NCBI GenBank assembly: GCA_964036045.1
Contig: OZ038378.1
Location: 12,586,001-12,650,000 of the forward strand
Direction of reading: 5' to 3'
Source: Eutreptiella sp. 'Long Island Sound 2002'
Taxonomy: Eukaryota > Protista > Euglenida
Length of the DNA stretch: 64,000 bases
The first letter of the stretch is position 1; each line of letters starts with the position of its first letter. Below are positions 1-9,556 of the stretch, in pieces. The notes beneath the pieces were generated by a model. The model saw nothing but the letters and a program-made list of their open reading frames with translations, ran no database searches and was not told the origin of the DNA. The position numbers were made by a program, and so were the translations under genes.

Positions 1-109
1 CACATGCAATCAATTCACATGGCCCATACACAGACATTTTGGATTTCATCTTGCAACAAAGAGAAAACATATACTTCAACACCAGCAACACCACCAGACA
101 CTCCGCAGG

Positions 110-721
110 TTGGATTCCTCGTTGTGTAACGCAGACAGATATGCCGTGCAGGCAATTCTACACATGGCAAGGCATTTCTATCAACAGGGGACAGCCGTTG
201 GCTTGCTCCGCTGTGATCCCGGTAGTCTGAATCCTGAAACACGGTTTTCGGACATGATGGTCAACTTTTGGCAATTGGTTGAGAGTGGTGATAATGTATT
301 TAATAGGCATACTACTGTTGTATCGCTGGCTCCAGTCAGATCTGGTAGTGGTAGGTACATAGTTGAGCTGCATGATGAAAGTACTGGAAGGCTGTCGCAC
401 ATACGAGTCAAAAATGCAACACACGCTGCTCACAAGCTTTTGCCATACGTTGCTTCGATGACCCTGTCCCATTTGTGGGGTCCGCGCTTTGTGTGTGAGA
501 TAATCGATTTTATACATGCCAGCAAGGCAGACAATGCGCTTTCAGTATCACTATTGATTAAAGAACATATGAGATCACTAGATGCGGACAATTTGTCGGA
601 TGTTTTGCAACCCCTACCAGTTGTTGGTACATATATCAACCCAATTTTGAAAAGTATCATCCGTTGGACCCGCAAACAGCTTACAAAATGGATCCAGTCA
701 TCAACAATCCTTGAAAGGTAG
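110..721 (+). CDS. hypothetical protein
   Basis: 203-aa ORF directly upstream of a recombinase gene; no motif recognised. Confidence 0.45.
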   Translation: MDSSLCNADRYAVQAILHMARHFYQQGTAVGLLRCDPGSLNPETRFSDMMVNFWQLVESGDNVFNRHTTVVSLAPVRSGSGRYIVELHDESTGRLSHIRVKNATHAAHKLLPYVASMTLSHLWGPRFVCEIIDFIHASKADNALSVSLLIKEHMRSLDADNLSDVLQPLPVVGTYINPILKSIIRWTRKQLTKWIQSSTILER

Positions 722-759
722 ATTGCTGTAATACATAGCTGAATCTATGCTTTGTAGTT

Positions 760-2679
760 GTGACTACAATGAATGAGCATGGGTTGTCGGATCCTGTTGA
801 TTTTATTCTGCGGCAACCTGGGAAGCGGGTTGGAATGTGCAAAGATGCAGTAGAAGATATTGTCAAGCGTTACAATAAATGGGAGACTGTGCAGCAGATG
901 AAAAATTCATTGACGAACACTGCCGTGGTATACAGAATGTGGAAAGCCTATCTGAGTGACCCCTGCACCGAAAAAAAAATGCGGCGCTGTGGCCGTGCAA
1001 TAAAACTTATAATCAGATCCATTGGCCTGAGGGACGATAACAGACTGCACTATCGAGTGAGACGCCAGGTTGCTCCCTGTGAGGTGCAGAATCCTTCTCT
1101 GCCTGTGGTTGTTGAAGATTGTGAGAGTAGAATACCATACATCAAAAAAGAACTGACTGTGCCTGTCATGCAATTGAATTTCATTGAGGATGTTCTGAGA
1201 CATTGTGGCAAGGCGCGCATCAGTAAGTATGCCATACAAGGTTTGTTACGCTTCGCCCAGAGTCTGCCTACTGCAGGCATGGGTGTTGCAGAGATGGACG
1301 GTCCCTTCATACATACACAAGTGGAGCAAATCAGACACGTGTACTGTCTCAGTGGAACTGTGTGCAATGGTGTCAAGAGTCTTCTCTGGGCAGCAAGGAC
1401 CCACCAAAAATTTGACCCACATGCATATTTTCAAAGTCATTTGTGTCAGGTGCCATTCAAATTATTGGAGCGGTATCCGTTGCTTTGGAGGTTTCCTGTT
1501 CGTCTCGCAAAAAAGGTGTTAGGTGTGGCATGTGAGATTGATCGTGATCATATTGTCACAGCAGCTGCAACCCTGGCGCATGAAAGAATGTCTAATAGTG
1601 CGAAAAGACTACCCAGTCGAGCATATAGGTCCCTGGGGAACCAGTTGTGCACTGTACTTTATTATTGCGAACAAATTCGTTCGTCTGTCCGTCAGACATA
1701 TAGGGATGATTTGTGTCCAACTGGTCGCATTCGGAGCAAAGATTGCCTGATACTCTTGGTGGCACGCATTGTGGCATACAATAATAAGAATGGACACTGC
1801 AAGACGCTGATGCGTAGATCACATGCGTCCATGTTTGGAAGTAGTACCGACATACTGGACAGCGTGCTGCAATTTTTCCGTTTTTGTGTTCGCTCTGCAC
1901 TGTATGAGCCTGTTATAAAATCTGATTTCTTGATACAGCGGCGTATGATATATCTGAAAATGCATGAGCTGGAGGTCCAAAATCCGAACAAATATAGCTC
2001 CACCTATGTCCTGGAACGGGGTGTAAAGGTTGAGGTTGGCATTACTGATCATGATGTCGAGAAGATGCAGTCGGCGTGTGTGACATACAGGGATCTGAGT
2101 TTGGTACAGTTGCTCTCAACAACCGGTTTGCGGGCTGGTGCCATACAAGGCATGCAAATACAGGATGTCTCGGACGAACAGACTGGTCAAATTCGGAAGG
2201 TTGTGGCGATTCGTGAGAAGAATTCAGATGTCAGATTTGTCACTCCAGTTGCTGACCTACGAACCTCTTGGGACATATATTTACGGGATGAGCACCCCGG
2301 TCGGGAGGTGTCATCCTTTCTTTATCCGAGCCGTAGGACACCGATGAAAGCATCACCCTGTCTTGTTCGGAATGTTATTGTTAAGCTATGCCGCCTGTGT
2401 CAGTTACCACGCTTCCATCCACACCAGTTCCGGGCCTATATCGTCACAATGGCTATGGCAAAAGGCAATCGCCTGGAGGATGTTGCAAAATGGATGGGCC
2501 ACCGGCAACCATGTGTCACATACCGGCATTATTGGATAACCGATGAGGCACCCTTGGATGCCATTGCTTTGATGCAACAGCAACGCCAAGTACAACTACC
2601 CACCAGCGAGCCTGCAATTGTCACGCAGCGGCCGCAGTCTGACATAGATTTAATGCAGCAGATGGGTATTTTGCGGTGA
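760..2679 (+). CDS. large tyrosine recombinase, type B
   Basis: Catalytic residues in order: TTGLR, EKNS, HPHQFR, WMGH, TYRHY; about 400-aa N-terminal extension homologous to ORFs at 21359, 49906 and 62473. Confidence 0.9.
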   Translation: MTTMNEHGLSDPVDFILRQPGKRVGMCKDAVEDIVKRYNKWETVQQMKNSLTNTAVVYRMWKAYLSDPCTEKKMRRCGRAIKLIIRSIGLRDDNRLHYRVRRQVAPCEVQNPSLPVVVEDCESRIPYIKKELTVPVMQLNFIEDVLRHCGKARISKYAIQGLLRFAQSLPTAGMGVAEMDGPFIHTQVEQIRHVYCLSGTVCNGVKSLLWAARTHQKFDPHAYFQSHLCQVPFKLLERYPLLWRFPVRLAKKVLGVACEIDRDHIVTAAATLAHERMSNSAKRLPSRAYRSLGNQLCTVLYYCEQIRSSVRQTYRDDLCPTGRIRSKDCLILLVARIVAYNNKNGHCKTLMRRSHASMFGSSTDILDSVLQFFRFCVRSALYEPVIKSDFLIQRRMIYLKMHELEVQNPNKYSSTYVLERGVKVEVGITDHDVEKMQSACVTYRDLSLVQLLSTTGLRAGAIQGMQIQDVSDEQTGQIRKVVAIREKNSDVRFVTPVADLRTSWDIYLRDEHPGREVSSFLYPSRRTPMKASPCLVRNVIVKLCRLCQLPRFHPHQFRAYIVTMAMAKGNRLEDVAKWMGHRQPCVTYRHYWITDEAPLDAIALMQQQRQVQLPTSEPAIVTQRPQSDIDLMQQMGILR

Positions 2680-2700
2680 TTAATGAGACGGGCCTTCGTT

Positions 2701-3517
2701 TTATTTGCGCTTGCGTTTTGTTGCCTGTTTGCACATTGACTTGGTGGATTGACCTCCTGATACACTATCTATGCGCACTTGCAGTCGCTCGAGCATACGA
2801 CGAATCTCCTCAGTCATTCCTGTCGTAAATTGTTTGACGTATGTTCGTTGTTTATGTAGACTCTCATAGCAGACACGTATGTCATCCATACAGGCAGTAA
2901 GTCTCCCTTTCAGTACATTGGATGACTCACTGTCACATTCCTTGGTGTCACGTAAAACCCTACATATACTCAAGAACAAACGAATATGACCTGTCAAATG
3001 CGATTTGCATTCTGTGTCATTTTCGAACCCGAGAAAAAGCACACAATATTTGTGATCGTCCGAGAATTCCATACTAATGGATCCCTTACCAGGTATATTT
3101 TGTGACTGGGTGCTGACAAAGACAGCGCCATGTATGGCATTATGATCTGTCTGCAGCGTACGAATGTCATTCATGAATTTTGGTAATGTCCCTCCTCTCG
3201 ACAATCTTTTTACTTTTCACTTCGAATATAATTCGGCTACCTTCCCCACTATTCATTTCGATGTCTGTTGCATGTGGTCTATTTGAGGTGTCAATTATCT
3301 CATACTCCTGAAATGTTGAACGTAGCAGATTTTGTATCAATAGCTCCCCTTGGTTTCCCTTCGCACTGTTGCCTTGTCTGAGTAAGGCTATCTCGTGTTC
3401 ACGTTCCGATATCTTGATTTGCATGCGACGAACCTCATCATTCTGCAGACTTGCAACAACCTCTCTTAGCCGTTGAGCTTCTGTGTCGAGTCGCCATTTG
3501 TAATGTTCACACTCCGC
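2701..3517 (-). pseudogene. C-terminal part of coiled-coil plus PD-(D/E)XK nuclease-like gene (interrupted; +1 frameshift near 3180)
   Basis: KGNQGE...HATDIE...IIFEVKSK...FMND...AVFVS motif pattern; ORFs 3167-3424 and 2701-3204 join if one A of AAAA is removed; frame open to 3517. Confidence 0.6.
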
Positions 3518-3542
3518 GTCGCGTTGGAGCCTGTAAATATGT

Positions 3543-4667
3543 CTAGTAATCGCTTATCATACCGTGTGTCACAATTTCCTGCAATTCGGGAATTCTACCC
3601 ATCCAAGTAACATAAATTGCAACAATTGAAGTTAGAAATACCCCGAAAAATGTAAATGTATAATCTACATCATCAGTGACGTAGATGTCGTTTTCTGTCA
3701 GTAATAACCCAAAAATCGGATAGAGTGTCACACCAACGCCTCCTGGTACTTTAAGCAACAGACCCGTACCTGTAGATACTGCTTAGACCGCGAATGGCCA
3801 CAACAGACCCGTACCTGTAGATACTGCTCGGACCGCGAATGGCCATACTGCAGATATAAACTGCGCCATCAATTCACCAGCTTGCAAGCACATAGCACTG
3901 AGGCCCTCCAACTCATTTTCATCTAATGAAAAATAATAATAATCCAACGTGTCTTTGCCAAGTCCATAAAGCAGGGCGTACATTGACGCCAGCCCTCCCC
4001 CAATGGTGAGGATATGGGGCAAAAGTACATATATAAGGGTAGATAATGCATCATTAACATGAGTCATCGTAAACGTGGAGATAAGGTGCATAGCTTCGGA
4101 TACTGATATCAGAAACTTTTTCCCAGTCTGATTACACAGTAGACACAGCGCACCACGCATGGATGACACCGAATATGTGACTGACCCACGAACGAGATTC
4201 ATCAATTGTACCTCGTACGACGAAAATTTGCTGAATATCATGAGACCTTGCTCTACGGTCAATGCTACACCATACATCGCTGTCTCGCGTGGGATTATGT
4301 ACAGTGTGTTTTTACTTGCGTCTTGCGTCAAGATGATCTTTTCGCTGTGCCTTTTCAGCATGTTTTTTTTTTCCTCCAGATTTTTGGCCGTATCATCGCA
4401 TAAGACAATCGCCGGTACGTCCTGCAATCCCTCCTGTAGCATCCAGAAATATGGCCATATATCTTGATCTGTGTATAAACAATCGGTATGTATGTATACT
4501 CGCCAGCATTTTCCGCAATTTTCTGCTGCTAGATGCTGCAGCATATTTACTTCCTGTTTATCAAAATCACTGACTCGGATATCGTGATCTTCGTGTATCT
4601 TCTTTATGTGCGCTGACCAGTGATCATCAAGACCGAAGAAGTATATTGTTTTTTCGCCCTTTGACAT
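3543..4667 (-). pseudogene. cargo membrane protein with premature stop inside a 45-bp duplication
   Basis: ORF 3783-4667 continues in frame into 3543-3758; hydrophobic C-terminal segments. Confidence 0.55.
3756..3845. repeat. 45-bp tandem duplication (2 copies)
   Basis: caacagacccgtacctgtagatactgct(ta/cg)gaccgcgaatggcca at 3756-3800 and 3801-3845. Confidence 0.9.
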
Positions 4668-4699
4668 TTTGCTTTTTTTTGCACTCCCTTTGTTAATTT

Positions 4700-5116
4700 T
4701 TATGTCAATCGGAAATACTCGTATAACTCATGCAGGATGTTTTTCGTGCTGTTGTTTGTGCTGCTGTTGGGCCAATTATCGAATACCATATGTGATAGAC
4801 CGAGACGTTCCTGTATGAATAACAGTATTTCAGGAAATTCTACGAGGCAGTACCGCAGAAACATACCCCTCCAATCGCGACAACCAAGTGGAACATATGG
4901 AAACTGCTGATGCAGCCACCTGCGCCATTTTGAGTAGAACTGAGCCCAGTGGCGTTTAGAACACTCCAAGCGTAGCATGTCCCCAGTGATGTACTCAATT
5001 GCCATTGGTTCAATCTCCCACTCAACAGGGTGTTCGTTGGTCACCACATATCGGCAGAACATAGAGCCTTGTGGTGTACAGAATGCGCGTAACAGTGCTT
5101 TTTGACGTGCCTGCAT
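4700..5116 (-). CDS. cargo hypothetical protein (MQARQK...)
   Basis: 3' part of chimeric ORF 4700-5644, lying inside the insertion; own ATG at 5116. Confidence 0.45.
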   Translation of the reverse strand: MQARQKALLRAFCTPQGSMFCRYVVTNEHPVEWEIEPMAIEYITGDMLRLECSKRHWAQFYSKWRRWLHQQFPYVPLGCRDWRGMFLRYCLVEFPEILLFIQERLGLSHMVFDNWPNSSTNNSTKNILHELYEYFRLT

Positions 5117-5209
5117 TTTTGAATGCACCCCTGCAGAAAAAATAGGAGTGCAGAGCAACAGTTTTGACACAAACGTGATTACTAACGCGGTACCACATGA
5201 CAGTAAAGG

Positions 5210-5584
5210 GTCGCGTTGGATCTGGTTATCGCACAATGCACTTTTGATTCTCCTTTCAATTTCTGCTTCCAAGTCGCTGTACCGCTGTATGGCTCGATTC
5301 CTCCCCTCCTCTGCCAATTGTAACCTTTTTTCGTATTCAGCCTGTATGGAATCGATTTCACCCCGTAATCTGAGACTTTCTGCGGTTTGTCCATGTGAAA
5401 TGCCCTGCCAGTCATGTACCATGCCCTTGTCAAGAGTGTGTATGACCTTCAAAATGTGGTATCCGGTCACAAACATTGTAGTGTATGCCTCCTGTTGTGG
5501 AGGACTACTGTGTATTTTGTGCAGGACCTCTTTGTGTAAGTTGTTGGTTGTGTCCAATTGCACGTCAATAGAGATTGTCTCCAT
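5210..5584 (-). pseudogene. N-terminal coiled-coil part of the interrupted nuclease-like gene
   Basis: METISIDVQ...AEIERRIKSALCDNQIQRD ends exactly at the direct repeat. Confidence 0.6.
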
Positions 5585-5621
5585 ATTTCTTTGACACAAA
5601 CATAGATACGAATAACACTTA

Positions 5622-6158
5622 TTACCACAAAAAAAAAAAAACACAGATTAAACCATGCACTGTGACCCCAGCCAGACTACCACAAGGCAACTCAATTAGA
5701 ACGGATTTACCTGCCACGGGTATCCGGATGGTATCGTTCGCATAATACCATTTCATAAAACGTGCCATGTCCAATCGGCAGAACTTCGCAAGAAGAAATT
5801 CCATAACGATCAGAACTGCCGCCATCCCTAGTTTATACATTGCGACTGACCTTGCTCTTTTCAGATTTGTAATGTTGCGTTCCAATATTGCCTTGACCAC
5901 CTGTGTTTTTTCATTCTCTATATTATCGGGGATGACTGAGCCTTTGAATTTCGCCCGCGGTGTGTCTAGACGCTGCAGCAACTCCTGTCTGTCCATATCC
6001 TCCCCTGCGGGCTTTTCGTTGAGGATGTCGTGTGTGTCCTCTGATTTATGCGTCAAGCCAGGATCCGGTGTTGGTGTGATGGTGTGACACACCTGATTGC
6101 TTTCACTTGTGTTTTGATTATGCCTCCTCTTTTTCGTAGGTTGTGGTGTGATGCTGTC
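5622..6158 (-). pseudogene. 3' segment of conserved uncharacterised NCLDV gene (DUF5767-like by recollection)
   Basis: SVAMYKLGMAAVLIVMEFLLAKFCRLDM...SVLIEL; frame continues across the retrotransposon TSD. Confidence 0.6.
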
Positions 6159-6956
6159 AGTAAGAAAAAGTGCTTTTCCATTGCTTTAGGACATACTCTA
6201 GTTGTATTAGAGATGCACTGAGCAACCATGCATTTTTATCTTAGTATTGGTCCAGCCAAAAGTGGTGAGAACACATTTTGACCTATGGAACCAAACACTC
6301 AATCAGGATATGGAGTGGACCCCTTAATCCCCTTTCAATCAGAAGTAAAACATCTTTTCCTGAGTTGACTGAGCACTGACATACCTAAGGTAGAGCCTAT
6401 GAATTTATCTTTGTTTTTCCATGAATACTTATCTGCCCTAGTGGTATGCACCCTAGGGGGTTAGGCACCTCTTTTTGAGAGGTCCTGGGTTCAATTCCTG
6501 GTCAGCCTAACTAAGTAGGAAGATCCCATGTGACATGGCAGTGACCTCATCGCCACATACCATGCCACCTCAGCACATATGGGACCCAAAACAAAGAGTG
6601 CACATCTCCTAAGATGGCACTATGGAGAGAGAGTGATCCTGAGGCAGTTTTCTAACTCTTTTCCCAAAACATTTCAGCTATCTCTGTGAATATGCATTCA
6701 TTTGTATCCTGAGTTGCAGTTTCTGTGAATATCTAATCATCTTTCACTGTTTACACTGCAGCCCTTCATGCTTTGATCCTGAATTACCTTCTCCTTGCAT
6801 ACTATTGGCTTGGGCTATCCTGGATTGAGTTGGCTTTACTGTATTTCAACAAACAAAAGCTTTTCATCATCCAAAACCAGCAGCAGGACACCCTACAGCA
6901 ACAACAAGCAGCAGGAGAAGCAAAAACACAGTGCTGAAAACACTATAAACTTTTCT
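6159..6956 (+). repeat. 5' LTR (798 bp, AG...CT termini)
   Basis: Near-identical to 16758-17555; two substitutions seen by eye. Confidence 0.95.
6436..6507 (+). other. tRNA-Pro-like segment with Pol III A/B-box-like motifs inside LTR (second copy about 17035-17106)
   Basis: CTAGTGGTATG ... GAGAGGTCCTGGGTTCAATTCCTGGTCAGCC resembles eukaryotic tRNA-Pro D-arm and T-arm; anticodon arm not recognisable. Confidence 0.5.
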
Positions 6957-6968
6957 GGTAGCAAGAGG
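6956..6968 (+). promoter_or_regulatory. primer-binding site (tRNA-iMet-like)
   Basis: TGGTAGCAAGAGG immediately after the 5' LTR. Confidence 0.7.
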
Positions 6969-7054
6969 CAGCCTGTCTCTGTGCACCGGCAGCGACCCCG
7001 CGCCGTACAACCAGTGCTCCGAGCAGGCAAACATAAGCAGAAGGGTGGATTAAG

Positions 7055-9556
7055 ATGGATCCAGGAAGAGTGGACGCCGAGGTGAACACAGCGCCAGCGC
7101 CAGAGACACCGGCAAGGCCGGCGCCTGACGCTGTACCTTCGGTGGAGCCCTTACATGGGCCAATGGATACGGCGGAGGACTCCTTGGATGGCCTCCAGAC
7201 GGCCTTTGGCGCCCTGTCGGTGAAGGAAATGGTCTCTCAGCCTCAGCCTGTGAAGAGGAAGAGAGGAAACGAGAGCGAGAAGGATGCTCGAGAAGGAGCA
7301 GACGAAGGAGAGGAGCAAGGGCAAGACCCGACGGATGTCCCTACCTTCGAAGGCGCACCAAGCGCTTCTGGCCTCCAAGCATCACCCTCTCCCATAACCA
7401 CCACACACCCAGCCGCCGCTACATCCACTTCCACAACCAACCAGCCTATGGCAGAGGGCACAGGCTTTACTGGCATGCCTCACTACCCCGCCTATGGCAT
7501 GGGCCCACCTACCACTGCGCTCCTTGAGGCAACTACTGCCAGTGAGCCGGTGGCTTCCAGCTCTGTGCCGCGTTGGTATGCGGCTGACCATCCCCATCCA
7601 CTCCACGCCACTGGAACCTACATCGAGGTTCCTGGGTATGCTCCTGGGTGTGCACCTGGGTATGCACCCCTGAGTGGGTTGAGGAGAGGACCAGAGTCTC
7701 TGGGAGGCAGGAGTAGAGGATCGGGAAGATCCTCCAACAGGTCCCTGACGCGGTCGGAGATCAATGAGGTGCTCCGAGGAGCCACTTCGCAAATCGTGAG
7801 CGACCTCACGCAAGAGATCAGGGAGAAACTGCAGCCCCTGATGATCCCGTCCCATGCGTCACCTACGACAGTGGGAATGTCACCCCACCGAGTACAGGCT
7901 AACCACCTGGCGGCAGGGTTGACGAATACCCTGGGGAGCCTGAGGAGCCGACCGATGCCGACTCCTGCAGCAGTACCAGAAAGCCCATTCGTCCCGAGGA
8001 CAGCCCAGCCGCCCTACAGTCACGTGACGAACTCGACGAGGGCCGAGCTGGACCAGCTGGGGCTGACAGCCCTAAGGGCTATGGTGGACGTGGAGCCTTA
8101 TGGCTCCAGTGATCTAGGCGGAGACCCCTCCGATGATGGACCGCCTTCGATGACTTCTTCTTCGCCATCGGATGACGAAGACCCTGAGGACCCCGAGGAC
8201 CCCAAGGGTAAGAAGAAGAAGAAGAAGAAGAAGAAGACCCGACGCCCTGAAGGACGCCGAGCTCAGGAGGCGAAGGCTATTGCCACCTCCAAGATAGTGG
8301 TGAACCTGCCTGAATTCACAGGCAAGGACCTCAGCGAGTTCGCTGAGAACTTTGGCCGGTTCCTACGACTGACCGGCCAAACCCACGCGAGTGGGCGAGT
8401 GAAGTGCGACCTGCTCCTGCAGTGCTGCAAGACGAAGTACCTGGAGAAGCAGGTCAGGCAGATCGTCACCAACTCCGCCACCTTTGCCGACGTGTTGGTT
8501 GCCCTGGAGAGGCAGTACCCAACCTACGAGACAGACCTCTCCATCAGGGCCGAGATCCAGAACCTGCCCGTCCTGCCCAACAACCCCAAACCCGGCAGGG
8601 TCTCCGAGCTGTTGGCGGACCTGGACCACTGGGCTGGACGACTGACGCCCGGTTCCTACAGCAGCGACGACCTGCTGTTTTGGTTGTGCTACAAGCTCCC
8701 CCGTGAGCTATGGGACGAGTGCCGTCTGACGGCTGAGCGCAAGGCTAGATCCCTCCGCTACGAGGATCTATGCGTGCTGCTCCTGGAGATGGCGCTGGAG
8801 AAGGAGAGCGACCAACACCTGAACCACTACCGTCCTGGTGGTGGAGGTTCTGGAGGCAAAGGGTACCAAGGGTCCCGACCTGGGCAGGGGACTACCCCCA
8901 AACACGCCCACGCCCGCCTAATGGAGAACGTGAAGGAGCTATTCTGGTGTGATGCCAGAGATGAACAGGGCCACCTGCAGCATGCCTCCGACTGCGAGCA
9001 GCGAGACTGCTTTGCTGTCCAGGGGAAGCAGCAGGAAAAGATCACCGGCGCCAAGGTGAAGATGCCGGATCATTACCGCTGCACCATCACGTGTGCATTC
9101 TGCGGTAAGCGGAAGCACTATGAGGACGAGTGCTACCATAAGCAACGCCTATCGGCGAAGCTTAAGGGGGAAGATCCTGGCAAAGGCTCAGGCAAAGGTG
9201 GAGGCAAGGCCAAAGGCAACGACTCCGGCAAGGGCAAGTCGAAAGGACGTGGTCAAGGTGGTCAAGACAAGGGTCAAGGCGGACGAGGAGGAGGCGCTAA
9301 TCGCCAGAACGACAACAAGAACAAGGACAAGAACGGAGGTAACCCCAACCCTAATCCAGGGGGGAACTCCGAGCCCTCTGGAGGGCAGTCTGGACCTACC
9401 ACACGCTCACAGACGCAGGCCCAGCAAGAACAAGGAGCCAAGCGTGAGCATGAAGGTGGTGACGACGGCAACGCCAAGAAGAGAAGCCGTTTCATGAGGA
9501 TGGCCCGCAAATTGCGGAACAAGGGGTTCGAGGTGACCTGTCCCGCGGAGTTCTGA
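7055..9556 (+). CDS. gag: Gag
   Basis: 833 aa; capsid-like LPEFTGKD region; CCHC knuckle CAFCGKRKHYEDEC; ends TGA in frame with pol. Confidence 0.9.
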   Translation: MDPGRVDAEVNTAPAPETPARPAPDAVPSVEPLHGPMDTAEDSLDGLQTAFGALSVKEMVSQPQPVKRKRGNESEKDAREGADEGEEQGQDPTDVPTFEGAPSASGLQASPSPITTTHPAAATSTSTTNQPMAEGTGFTGMPHYPAYGMGPPTTALLEATTASEPVASSSVPRWYAADHPHPLHATGTYIEVPGYAPGCAPGYAPLSGLRRGPESLGGRSRGSGRSSNRSLTRSEINEVLRGATSQIVSDLTQEIREKLQPLMIPSHASPTTVGMSPHRVQANHLAAGLTNTLGSLRSRPMPTPAAVPESPFVPRTAQPPYSHVTNSTRAELDQLGLTALRAMVDVEPYGSSDLGGDPSDDGPPSMTSSSPSDDEDPEDPEDPKGKKKKKKKKKTRRPEGRRAQEAKAIATSKIVVNLPEFTGKDLSEFAENFGRFLRLTGQTHASGRVKCDLLLQCCKTKYLEKQVRQIVTNSATFADVLVALERQYPTYETDLSIRAEIQNLPVLPNNPKPGRVSELLADLDHWAGRLTPGSYSSDDLLFWLCYKLPRELWDECRLTAERKARSLRYEDLCVLLLEMALEKESDQHLNHYRPGGGGSGGKGYQGSRPGQGTTPKHAHARLMENVKELFWCDARDEQGHLQHASDCEQRDCFAVQGKQQEKITGAKVKMPDHYRCTITCAFCGKRKHYEDECYHKQRLSAKLKGEDPGKGSGKGGGKAKGNDSGKGKSKGRGQGGQDKGQGGRGGGANRQNDNKNKDKNGGNPNPNPGGNSEPSGGQSGPTTRSQTQAQQEQGAKREHEGGDDGNAKKRSRFMRMARKLRNKGFEVTCPAEF

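Larger units (their letters stand above)
3518..5220. mobile_element. 1.69-kb insertion bounded by 11-bp direct repeats GTCGCGTTGGA (3518-3528, 5210-5220); no recombinase
   Basis: Removing 1692 bp restores ...CDNQIQRD-AECEHYKWRL... in frame on the minus strand. Confidence 0.7.

Noticed and set aside
3756-3845. CRISPR-like repeat
   Set aside because: Only two adjacent copies, no spacers, inside a coding region.
9180-9300. Host identification from GKGKG-rich low-complexity tracts (also near 40240)
   Set aside because: Suggestive of some protists but not diagnostic; the host cannot be assigned from this window.
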